Source: a virus. Taken from it: a DNA stretch of 39,990 nucleotides. Shown in pieces: positions 34,801 through 39,990 of this stretch (positions within the stretch are counted from its first letter, which is position 1; each line of letters begins with the position of its first letter). The translations under genes and the position numbers were made by a program. The DNA is taken from positions 1-39,990 of the IMG/VR virus record IMGVR_UViG_3300045988_107676; one strand, 5' to 3'. The notes under the pieces are model-generated. The model did no database searches and was not told the origin of the DNA. It saw only the letters and a list, made by a program, of their open reading frames with translations.

Positions 34801-35020
34801 TCATGGTTTCGCTTTCGGGCTTCCTCGTAACGCTTTCCGGCTTCATCGCTGCGCTTTTCTGCTTTGCCGGAGGAGCAGGAACGCCCCTTGCAGGTTTTGC
34901 GCTGTAGTTGAGGTAGTTCCTCTCCAGCTCGGAGGCAGTAAGGCCGTATTCTGTTGTGCCGTTATTGTAATTCTGTTCAAGTTCCTCGGCTGTGTAGCCG
35001 TAAGTTTTTTCTTTGCCCAT
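25871..35020 (-). CDS. Giant multidomain polyvalent-type protein (about 3,049 aa) with zincin metallopeptidase and ART-like modules
   Basis: The ORF is uninterrupted, and the ATG at 35020 has GGAGG 5 nt upstream (the ORF is open to 35035). HEMFH lies at 32768..32782. VYHGS...GQGFYFTDY lies at about 31046..31708. A Cys motif ACGICYVES lies at 30473..30499, with a long coiled coil at about 28830..29230. Confidence 0.85.
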   Translation of the reverse strand: MGKEKTYGYTAEELEQNYNNGTTEYGLTASELERNYLNYSAKPARGVPAPPAKQKSAAMKPESVTRKPESETMKQNVDTLKKQRDDALIKAGAYSRAGNMQQQAKEQRDIASELGYQYENARSAYKTQKNMEELEDYNPNDNHFKAGDMALSGIQNAFQSFGQNAAMMAAYANGPGREEAWKAKQLIDSGMNGLEAQKLSGIETERKVPMLDYKTKAEIRHERNVESTHGLERLGLQLGNTIFNMAPSLALNLVAPGSQAGLIFMSSSAAGNKFVEATEKYDDPNMAFALAMGAGLAAYGSEQLGGIYGKAWDSKVGQALQKKLVTENPALYAFANSVGGKLLRDSLAEGVEEGLEDAVNYAIEKALTGESDEMDNIWYDMLLGALAGGVLGGANATTRAVNYNRLGKTLKKSPAAVQQQIEEGLSKGEGTAPAIYAAEAQKKPTPQMLGRLFEANQSFDAESGLSKIQGDITQLSIRELKAMMNNANAIVQAAETLGVKPTPESVMTEVFSKQKEAAIRTAQDGVEQAFSQMVDNPANAGEVAYNSAIQGAPANQSAAQKVYNDPAARESFAKLAGIEYTGNPAADIAAIEVATKKLGETGKQVVSEAEYTERMTEAAERATAELEAKAEAEADVLEQESLERWLSIEQNTDIDIDGKRHVREITNTDVRGNTEIGYKKAEIPNSKKPAVNAVEGAAKYLGKTIVWFEGAVQVNGQYRLTNGYRAPDGTIYVNINSRDPLMVTFGHEMFHDLVADSKYSGLIDTLVENPDYADMVKGMMNAKTELYERNGIELDPNAAAEEVAADISGDLLGSRDMLEYIGARNTEAATGIRGFLNRILKKLKGKPSAQEAYNRLSEAQRALIDGMEDGARNIFADPAIGEDVKYSIREEAPPEKTVLGYKVFVVKDGKLYPPMVANPNAEDTPVGVWLNADIGERAPDSKTGRMQVKAGGKGTQGGSGSLAFRPGWHLGEVPVANQFDRLNPETGKKELFPSNFVWAECLVAADIDYQEEAMSYGYTKSGKFQHSLAGLPKLPVDGYYKYRTNPRPDTVPWLITGAMKVNRILSDSDVEQILESKGITPPKRQGGEKTLEQLGLGKYAGGKHSLMDIPAMDSTGRELTAEQREYFFGSKVVDAEGRLKPVYHGSPAVFTEFSPDFMSQHGSSEGQGFYFTDYKPMAEGYQKDGGQLLEGYLDIKKPLSDSEITLTRAEVKKLLQAVDPTGDEVLVNYDPAGGIGYPSKTWYNRALDATVKAAMEYSDSDSEILAEIANGGAGSGTVLEAARNTLGYDGYIVEGKYDNATVYVAFDSSQFKNIDNTAPTESKDIRYSLMDASAMDSEYSAKEDALLDSSKVKIVGNGDVDIALPEGYEDIGIAVTGEGSAAPNRYSLMSLSESELGTDKVKYATRLAKATGVSVQLATDWIKSVYSVAAIIGDDKARLDYEANRNNTSLKPNSEYDFSLDFSTLCAKRLLFSGTMDAIQSALPNTPLTSEDFVHLREIMKDSGYEVACGICYVESTRREFSTISEGFVEQYRKAQAEGANIKKVNASGQTKDLTTSKGIENSDPNRFVYPEKGFTPTLADLVTAEGIDRLQAEHPEVYKAFNAYMNARGQQKPKMIETRTDYRGEILNMTKGQVSRRNSHGGLRIQSFSDFEVPHLIDMMQAVYDMASMGLKGQAYTKVPSFARAMGRTGIKINLSLIAKGDGVDANGKLIFDDVEGMPAYEAFSIRNDPRFSENVGTILVGKNVKHIVTAMSDPEIDFIIPFHKSSWSASLYKSLGLEWYEDFTDYQNEKKAGTKIENYDPAEYWDFSKTGDENAQIYLEKCRADGRTPKFAEVMYEGKSLTEYPGYWKLLIDYKMYNNDGVGAPQKAVKPVFDDAYNAKMLSEYKGGHGKLPVAHDIVDRFLKEKSEGSYSLMEDAQYMADIDRVVSEATEKANDELKAAQAEVKNIRQQLADYRQQATAEAKMNDRWRDAETKLLTEIAAAKEREKAAKARAEFMAKYDALAKQYRADLRANNLQMRDKYNEKLSEAKDEYNRKRQQDRIDRVVQEDRAKSKARLRTAEQKSTTTEDVAKVLTEMPNKGKETFKAKIAESWRTFKRQWINTKDELERFGNEVGDSRIMYAANNVGQAAAAAQYSIGGAGQYDLNGVKISDKNLMQVFEPAEKAGLTKEFYTYLLHEHNVDRMSVREKAQKVLSAFREELNKKVKGFAEMTDENIATAAGKDASLTKTYTMEQIDAAKRYKQLQAWAEKQFDKPVFGSKVTADDSRAAAAALLEAHPEFEKWAKDVYAYLDGLMEVRKQGGLVSADMAQYMKELYPHYVPTYRDMPSTSGGYSNPNIVAVNSTIKSAKGGNQDIMPLIDSIARQTLQTFSAAKKNILGNMLYEDAMDTTRDISEYIQSVTEEGDLVDLDADSAENLKNTLRIWVDGKPVTLHMSEAMADGFRPIEQSNSFGMKALRSINSTFKKLVTQWNPVFIVRNFVRDAQSALYFTHYSNAAFIKNYGKAVKEIATNGKYWQLYQAMGGKGTTYYDPKTGLSDRHHFKNGAVDKVAGGLNRVIDILSFANEAVEQYPRLAEFISTMEDTGDVQQALYNAADITTNFGRGGFAARKLNASLVPFFNPGMQGLSKNIRNVIDRRGWKEIGQLISRLLINGVAPAIIMGLLYDGLKEDDDYKELSNYMKDSNILIKVGDNKFIKIPMGREPSVITAFTNRMWRWLKGEPASSAFANYPSFAIEQIAPNNPLTNNIFAGITAMSTNKTWYGGDIVSSYMEEKPDYLQYDESTDAFSIWLGEITRHGKNGIEGLSPKKVNYLIDQYSGFIGDWLLPTLSKKADVPAVVKAFVVDSVRQNRLGSDFYDALDEAKQVKETELATAADDATYSYLYKQSKAASEITKQLKEIYNSGEKTRKEKMSEARDLLELRNEIYRKALLTVGTYEETAKSIGSADSDVVKREANRKAFGAEYALKTYNKDVGEKAAEYVAQGVTYDQYYAAYFAARGITGDKDGDGKTIQLSSSRKKKAAIDKAVPGASTKQKHLLYEALGVSEKVW

Positions 35021-35040
35021 GATACCTCCAAACATAAAGG

Positions 35041-35775
35041 TTATTTGTCAAGCCCCATTCCGATGAATTTAAGCGCATCTGCGTGAGAAAGGCCGGTTCT
35101 GCGCGCTTTGTTGTAGGCTTCCTGCTGTGCCTTCTTGTATGCTTCGTTCTCCGTAGTGTAGGACTTTACTCTCGGTGCGTTCTGCAAACCTGCCGTGTAG
35201 CTGGCCTGTGCATTCATCTTGCCTGTCTGCGGGTCTCGGTTCGCATTCACCATATCAAGGTATGCACGGCTCACGGCATCGGAGTAGTCGCTGTCACCTT
35301 CGGCAAGGCTTCTTGCATAGCGGTTGTTCAGCCTGACATAGGATGTTTCTGCAAGGCCGCCGTTGATCCCCTCACGAGCAAGCTGCCCCGGCATATTCTT
35401 GAGTGCCATCTCCTTGGCGATGTACGCTCTGCGTGCGTTGTCCTCACGGTTCTGTGCCGCCAGTTTCTTCTGCTCGTCATACATCTGCTGGTTGTATGCA
35501 AGGAGCTGGTCGTAGGCCGCAGTCTGTGCATCGAGCTGGGCTTTCAGCGAGGCAAGATACTGATTCCGCTCGGAGCTGTCATAGCCCGTGCGACTTGTCG
35601 GTGTCTTCCGCAGTTTGTTCTGTGCGGCGACTGCATCAGCTACAAGGTTCACCCAAGAGTCGTCCTTTTTCCCTACTTGGCTGCCGCTGCCCGCAATAGC
35701 GTTCGCTACACCGCCGCCGGCACGTGGTTTGCTTCCACCGTCATTCACCATGTTCATGTTGCTTCTATTCGCCAT
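35041..35775 (-). CDS. Hypothetical Gln/Ala/Asn-rich protein (possible internal virion protein)
   Basis: 244-aa ORF with an AAGGAGGGG RBS, one nucleotide after the amidase stop and immediately before the giant gene. Confidence 0.6.
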   Translation of the reverse strand: MANRSNMNMVNDGGSKPRAGGGVANAIAGSGSQVGKKDDSWVNLVADAVAAQNKLRKTPTSRTGYDSSERNQYLASLKAQLDAQTAAYDQLLAYNQQMYDEQKKLAAQNREDNARRAYIAKEMALKNMPGQLAREGINGGLAETSYVRLNNRYARSLAEGDSDYSDAVSRAYLDMVNANRDPQTGKMNAQASYTAGLQNAPRVKSYTTENEAYKKAQQEAYNKARRTGLSHADALKFIGMGLDK

Positions 35776-35776
35776 A

Positions 35777-36484
35777 TTACCCCTCCTTCGCCGCCGTATC
35801 GTACTGTTCGATGGCGGCTAAAATTCTGCCACGCAACGCCTGTGCGGATGCGTGTTCGGTTCTGTACTTCTCTTTGATTTCTTCCAGCTCGGCAAGAAGT
35901 TTGTCATAGTCGGTCTGCGGTTTTTCTTCCTCTTTGTAGGTCACGCCGAACCAGTCGCATACACCTTTGCAGAGTGCCTCGGCAATGCGCTTTTTGTTTT
36001 GCACAATCCAAATAGCATCCTGTCCGTTGTCATGGAATGCGATTTCGGGATAGATGGAAAGCATGGGGGTTCTGCCGATCTCGTAAAACTCGTCCTTCTG
36101 ATAGACCCCTCGGTGGGTGTTCCGGGGGTAAATCTCCATCAGTCTGCGGTAGACCATTTGGCAGGCCCTGTCGCTGATGCCTCCGGCTCTGCCGTAGCGC
36201 AGGACGGTCGGCCCCTGTGCAGTCCCTTCTTTCAAGGTGGCCGTGCTTGCGTTGGTATGGATGGGCATATGGAGGTTGGATTGCAAAGCGATGCTTTCGG
36301 CCACTCGCTCCTGCATCGTCTTGTCGGGGGATGCGACCATCACATCAAACCCGCAGCGGGTGAGAGCCTCGGCGCAATAAGCGCCGATCTCTACACACAC
36401 GTCATGCTCGTACACACCCGGAAAGCCGTAGTACGGGGCATGGGGAGCCGGTCTGCGTTCGGGGGAAAGATACACTTTAGGCAT
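35777..36484 (-). CDS. N-acetylmuramoyl-L-alanine amidase (Amidase_3-like endolysin)
   Basis: Pattern KVYLSPE...E...PIHTNAS...YPEIAFHDN, consistent with the zinc ligands and catalytic Glu of type-3 amidases. It follows a holin-like gene. Confidence 0.8.
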   Translation of the reverse strand: MPKVYLSPERRPAPHAPYYGFPGVYEHDVCVEIGAYCAEALTRCGFDVMVASPDKTMQERVAESIALQSNLHMPIHTNASTATLKEGTAQGPTVLRYGRAGGISDRACQMVYRRLMEIYPRNTHRGVYQKDEFYEIGRTPMLSIYPEIAFHDNGQDAIWIVQNKKRIAEALCKGVCDWFGVTYKEEEKPQTDYDKLLAELEEIKEKYRTEHASAQALRGRILAAIEQYDTAAKEG

Positions 36485-36803
36485 CTTTCACCACCTCCTC
36501 AAGAGGGAATTCCTCCTCTTTGACCTTTTTAACCATGCCGGTAGTTGCTGCATCATAAGTACCGCCGGCAGCCAAGGCCACGATAACCGCATTGAGCAGG
36601 CACAGGATAACGCCCTGCACCGTCAGCTCGGCTCCCGTAAACGCTTCTGCGCCCACGAGGATGAGTGCGGACACGATATAGGCCAATAGGTTAGTGTTGA
36701 TGTTCCGCAGGGGAGTCTGCTTCAAAAACTGGGTGATGATGGTGACCATCATGACTGAACCTGCGTAAGTACCGAGGGAAGTCCAAGTTACAAATTCGTT
36801 CAT
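36477..36803 (-). CDS. Holin (three predicted TM segments)
   Basis: 108 aa with TM-like stretches GSVMMVTIITQFL, LLAYIVSALILVGAEAF and VILCLLNAVIVALAAGG plus a charged C-terminus. It overlaps the amidase start. Confidence 0.6.
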   Translation of the reverse strand: MNEFVTWTSLGTYAGSVMMVTIITQFLKQTPLRNINTNLLAYIVSALILVGAEAFTGAELTVQGVILCLLNAVIVALAAGGTYDAATTGMVKKVKEEEFPLEEVVKDA

Positions 36804-36805
36804 TG

Positions 36806-37063
36806 TTATGCTCCTTTCTTCTGTTCGAGGTTGGTTACTCTTTTGGTGAGGGCGGTTGTCCGTTCCTCCAAGATGGGAATTCTCTCCGCAAAGTCGTTGT
36901 GCCGTCTTACCTCTCTTGTCAGCTCGTCCAGCTTTTCATTGGTCACGGCTCGTTCGATATCTGCTTTGTGGTCACGCTCCATGTTGCTTTTGTTGTTTGT
37001 TATGACTACGGCAGCGACCGATGCGATGCCTGTGACGATTGCGACAATGACGCTCGGCTCCAT
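36806..37063 (-). CDS. Membrane-anchored coiled-coil protein (lysis-associated?)
   Basis: 85 aa with an N-terminal TM segment VIVAIVTGIASVAAVVI and then a charged helix. It lies directly upstream of the holin. Confidence 0.45.
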   Translation of the reverse strand: MEPSVIVAIVTGIASVAAVVITNNKSNMERDHKADIERAVTNEKLDELTREVRRHNDFAERIPILEERTTALTKRVTNLEQKKGA

Positions 37064-37067
37064 AGGC

Positions 37068-37226
37068 TTATACCCCCGTATACACAGTCTCCACCAGCAA
37101 GGTCAACTCGCTGTACTCGTCATCGGTCAGACGATTACACGCAAAAAACACATCCAGTTTGTTCTGCGCTTCGTCAGCAGTCTTGTAAAACTTCTTCTCA
37201 ATCAGCTTTTTCATCATTTTGTACAT
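37068..37226 (-). CDS. Small XkdX-like protein (52 aa, below the cutoff)
   Basis: MYKMMKKLIEKKFYKTADEAQNKLDVFFACNRLTDDEYSELTLLVETVYTGV, with GGAGG 9 nt upstream. The resemblance to XkdX-type post-fibre proteins is weak. Confidence 0.35.
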   Translation of the reverse strand: MYKMMKKLIEKKFYKTADEAQNKLDVFFACNRLTDDEYSELTLLVETVYTGV

Positions 37227-37353
37227 TGTTGATTACCTCCATATCCTCTTGGTATTTTTCTTCAACTGCATCAGCTATAAGCTGTAACAGTTCGTTCACT
37301 TCGGCTTCCTGCTTTGCTTTTACTTCTTTTGCTTTTTCAGTGTAATAGCCCAT
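37198..37353 (-). CDS. Small acidic ORF (51 aa, below the cutoff)
   Basis: MGYYTEKAKEVKAKQEAEVNELLQLIADAVEEKYQEDMEVINNVQNDEKAD. Its ATG directly abuts the upstream TAA. Confidence 0.4.
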   Translation of the reverse strand: MGYYTEKAKEVKAKQEAEVNELLQLIADAVEEKYQEDMEVINNVQNDEKAD

Positions 37354-38694
37354 TTAGTTCACCCCCATAATGTTAAGAGCGTTGAGCGCATCTGCCGTAA
37401 CCGATGTTCCATCAACCAATTCCCATTGAGATGTTGCGCTGTTATAAATGTATGCACTTTGCCTATCAGCATAGTTAGCATCATTCCCAAGCCACACACT
37501 TTCAACATCGCACATTACCTCTGCATCTTTGCTTTTTACTAATGCAATTTTATTTTTTGGTATAAACGCCTCTTGAATAAATAAAACATCCTTGTCAAGA
37601 ATTGTTTTTGGAGTAACCTTTAACACCGATGTATCGTTGGCAGAATTTGATATAAAGAATATGGAGTTTCCATATGCTCCACAGGCACCCATTCCTTGAT
37701 ACTCTTTATTTGTTATTTGTCCAACATTTTGAATTGTCTCTGTTGCTGGGTCGAAAATACAAAGATAATTGTATTTTTCATATGTAGAATCTGGCTGGGC
37801 AGAAATCATATAAATTTTTCCAGCAAAAAGACACGCCGAAATACATTGTCCAGCATGGGGCAAGACGGCCGGCAAAACAGTAGTTGCGTTGTCGGCTATG
37901 CTATACTTAACAATCTCATTCGTAACACTGCCTACATCACCACTTTCAATGGTTTTCCTTCCACCAAATAAATACACTGTATTGCCGACTGGAACTGCTG
38001 CCATAGAACTACTTCTTTTTGGTAATGTAGTGCCGTATGTCGCAGAGTCTTGAACAGTATCATATATCCAAACAGTGTTATAGCTGCCACTGCCATTTGT
38101 CGCAGAATACCCGCCGCCAAACTGATACACCTTCTTGTTCACTATTACAGACTGCATCCATCCAATAGTGTTCCTTGCAAATTTTGAGCTTGTGCCAAGC
38201 TGTGTGCCAGTTCCAGAAGACAAATCAAACTTAACAGCACCATTGTACCAAATGTTGTCCGAAGTGTTTATCCCACCATTTATGTATGCAAACCCATCAC
38301 TTATGGCAACGGAAGAATATTCAACACCTATCGGTGACTGACCAACATATTCCATTGTATTTGTTTCCATATTGTATCGTAAAAGATATGGTAACCTTCC
38401 ACCAATACAGTAAATGTATTTTCCATCAACAAAATATCCAGAACTTAATCTACCGTTTTTGGTTTTTAACACGTTTGCCTGCGCAGCTTGAGATGATGCC
38501 ACTCCGTTTACCATCGTTATTTCTTCATGCATATTATCGCCATATGATAACACAGTATCGGCTTTAACCTTATCCGGCTTCTTCGCCAGCGGAACCCACA
38601 GCTTACTTGTGTCTGCGGGAGGTGTGGAGCCAAAGTAGATGTTCAAATCAGCTCCACCGCCACCCAGCGTAATGGGATTTCCTAAAATACTCAT
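37354..38694 (-). CDS. Kelch-like beta-propeller fibre / receptor-binding protein, paralog 2
   Basis: Repeated Kelch-type strands: KYIYCIGGR, GFAYINGG, KKVYQFGGGY, NTVYLFGGR, GKIYMISA. The N-terminus (MSILGNPITLGGGG.DLNI...KLWVPLAKKP) and C-terminus (...ALNIMGVN) are shared with the neighbouring paralog. I prefer the ATG at 38694. Confidence 0.7.
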   Translation of the reverse strand: MSILGNPITLGGGGADLNIYFGSTPPADTSKLWVPLAKKPDKVKADTVLSYGDNMHEEITMVNGVASSQAAQANVLKTKNGRLSSGYFVDGKYIYCIGGRLPYLLRYNMETNTMEYVGQSPIGVEYSSVAISDGFAYINGGINTSDNIWYNGAVKFDLSSGTGTQLGTSSKFARNTIGWMQSVIVNKKVYQFGGGYSATNGSGSYNTVWIYDTVQDSATYGTTLPKRSSSMAAVPVGNTVYLFGGRKTIESGDVGSVTNEIVKYSIADNATTVLPAVLPHAGQCISACLFAGKIYMISAQPDSTYEKYNYLCIFDPATETIQNVGQITNKEYQGMGACGAYGNSIFFISNSANDTSVLKVTPKTILDKDVLFIQEAFIPKNKIALVKSKDAEVMCDVESVWLGNDANYADRQSAYIYNSATSQWELVDGTSVTADALNALNIMGVN

Positions 38695-38718
38695 ATTCAC
38701 CCTTTCCGGGGTGAGTAT

Positions 38719-39990
38719 TTAGTTCACCCCTAATATATTTAGTGCGTTCTGCATATCCGCTACATAGCTTTCACCCGAAAGAGATTTCCATTTGAGGTCT
38801 TTGCTATCGTAAAGGTATGCGTTTGTTAATTGTGCGATATTGTTACTGTCCCCAAGGTAGGCATTGATTACCTTAACCTTAAAGTCAGTATCTTTGGATT
38901 TAAGTGCTGTCCACAGTCCATCGTAGCCGTAGTCCTCTTGGAGGAACAGGTGGTTGCTTGTGAGGGGAGAGGAGACCGTAAATGTATGAACATTACTTGC
39001 ATAACCAACAATATACCACTTATTGTTCGCAAACCCGACAGCGGAATATGTGACATTTTCTGCAAAGGTATTATTAAGTTTTTCTGCCGTCAATGTTTCT
39101 AAATCAACCTTAACGATGCCATTCCTGTATAGTGTTGAAGCAGAGCCAAATATATAAGCATATTTTCCTTGACGAATTGCTCTACAAGTGCTATTGATTT
39201 CATACGGAAGAATTTGTACTTGCTTAAATTCACCTGTTTTTATGTTGTAAACCTGCACATGTTTTGAAGGGTCGTAGGAAAAGGCTGTAATTCCACCGAA
39301 AACATATAGGTTGTCACCACTCGCAACGCATGAAGAGTTATATGTGTTTTGCGCTGCATTCGGAAGACTCCCTGAAAATACAAAATCGTCAGCAATCGTA
39401 TCATAAACAGCAACAGAAGATTCATAGGAGTTTCCATATCTTGTGCCCAAAAGATAAATTTTTGTGCCGTCGACACATCCGCTTAAAAAATAGCCGCCGT
39501 TCGTAACTGGCCAAGAAAGGTTGTTCAGGCTAATGTATGAAGCATTGTTTGTTGTTACATCATACTTTGCAACTCCACTGGGAAAAAACATATATATTAT
39601 GTTTCCAACAGAAAACGATGGCTGATTTTTGTAAACAGAAAAAGCGTTTATGCTTGTATCTAACGGCAAAGTTACCTTTTCTCCTGTGGTTACATCATAT
39701 CTGACAATAAGCTCTACATAGGAACCAACATAAGGTTGCGGGGCAAACACATAATTACCGTACTGACAGTAGCATGGTGTATTCATTTGAAATGTGTTAT
39801 ACCCTGTTCCAAACGGAGCCAACGCAGGAATTTCGTTCCCAAAAGCTAACGCAGGACTACACTCCACAGCACTCGGCTTTGTTGCCAATGGCACCCAGAG
39901 CTTGGTGGTATCAGAGGGAGGATTTGTACCGTAATCAATGTTGAGTTTTACCCCCCCCCAGCTGGTAACAATTGGATTGCCATAAATTAC
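38719..39990 (-). CDS. Kelch-like beta-propeller fibre / receptor-binding protein, paralog 1 (runs off the window end; true start at 125..123 across the circular junction)
   Basis: Motifs NIIYMFFPSG, TKIYLLGTRYG, DNLYVFGG and KYAYIFGS, with a C-terminus ending ...ALNILGVN. The in-frame extension through 39990, then 120..125, gives MSVIYGNPIVTSWGGVKLNIDYGTNPPSDTTKLWVPLATKP, homologous to the paralog 2 N-terminus. Confidence 0.75.
   Translation of the reverse strand, partial: VIYGNPIVTSWGGVKLNIDYGTNPPSDTTKLWVPLATKPSAVECSPALAFGNEIPALAPFGTGYNTFQMNTPCYCQYGNYVFAPQPYVGSYVELIVRYDVTTGEKVTLPLDTSINAFSVYKNQPSFSVGNIIYMFFPSGVAKYDVTTNNASYISLNNLSWPVTNGGYFLSGCVDGTKIYLLGTRYGNSYESSVAVYDTIADDFVFSGSLPNAAQNTYNSSCVASGDNLYVFGGITAFSYDPSKHVQVYNIKTGEFKQVQILPYEINSTCRAIRQGKYAYIFGSASTLYRNGIVKVDLETLTAEKLNNTFAENVTYSAVGFANNKWYIVGYASNVHTFTVSSPLTSNHLFLQEDYGYDGLWTALKSKDTDFKVKVINAYLGDSNNIAQLTNAYLYDSKDLKWKSLSGESYVADMQNALNILGVN
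39872..39990. repeat. Terminal overlap copy B (identical to 1..119)
   Basis: Same 119-bp string as 1..119. It could be an assembly closure overlap or a short direct terminal repeat. Confidence 0.95.

Larger units (their letters stand above)
1..39990. mobile_element. Complete temperate tailed-phage genome (excised/attP form), about 39,871 bp unique
   Basis: One window holds an immunity switch, recombination/replication genes, terS/terL, portal, scaffold, capsid, fibres, holin/amidase, and an integrase next to a tRNA 3-prime fragment. The first 119 bases repeat exactly at the end. Confidence 0.9.

Noticed and set aside
37354-39990. A diversity-generating retroelement acting on the paired fibre genes.
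   Set aside because: No reverse transcriptase ORF occurs anywhere in the genome. No template/variable repeat pair was found. The two paralogs are diverged along their whole cores rather than at adenine-specific positions.

Overview
The window is a complete genome of a temperate tailed dsDNA phage in its excised (attP) form. Bases 1..119 are identical to 39872..39990, so the contig closes on itself with about 39,871 bp of unique sequence. GGAGG-type ribosome-binding sites and the flavour of the protein families suggest a Bacillota/Clostridia host, but this is inference only. Nearly all genes lie on the minus strand in one long, tightly coupled series. Reading the minus strand from about 22008 downwards, the order is as follows:
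- A Cro-like HTH gene and an excisionase-like HTH gene, then small early genes.
- A recombination and replication block (Rad52/Sak-like annealase, NinB-like protein, Cys/His protein, SSB, replisome organiser, G39P-like loader, orphan DNA methyltransferase, RusA).
- A run of small Cys-rich genes, then an ArpU/RinA-like late activator.
- An opposite-strand two-gene cassette.
- A metallophosphatase, terS, terL, portal, scaffold and an N4-gp56-like major capsid protein.
- Only two tail-body proteins, then a collagen-like fibre.
- Across the contig junction, two paralogous Kelch-like fibre/receptor-binding proteins.
- Holin and amidase, a 244-aa protein, and a giant gene of about 3,050 codons that ends next to attP.

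The plus-strand lysogeny module holds a CI-like repressor, three membrane or lipoprotein accessory genes and a tyrosine integrase.

The most notable items are:
- The giant multidomain polyvalent-type protein, with a recurring Y-S-L-M linker motif.
- The repressor-to-integrase membrane cassette, which has its own operator-like repeats.
- The consensus-promoter moron at the early/late boundary.
- The attP region, which carries a tRNA 3-prime end.

All family assignments come from motifs read by eye; no database search was run.
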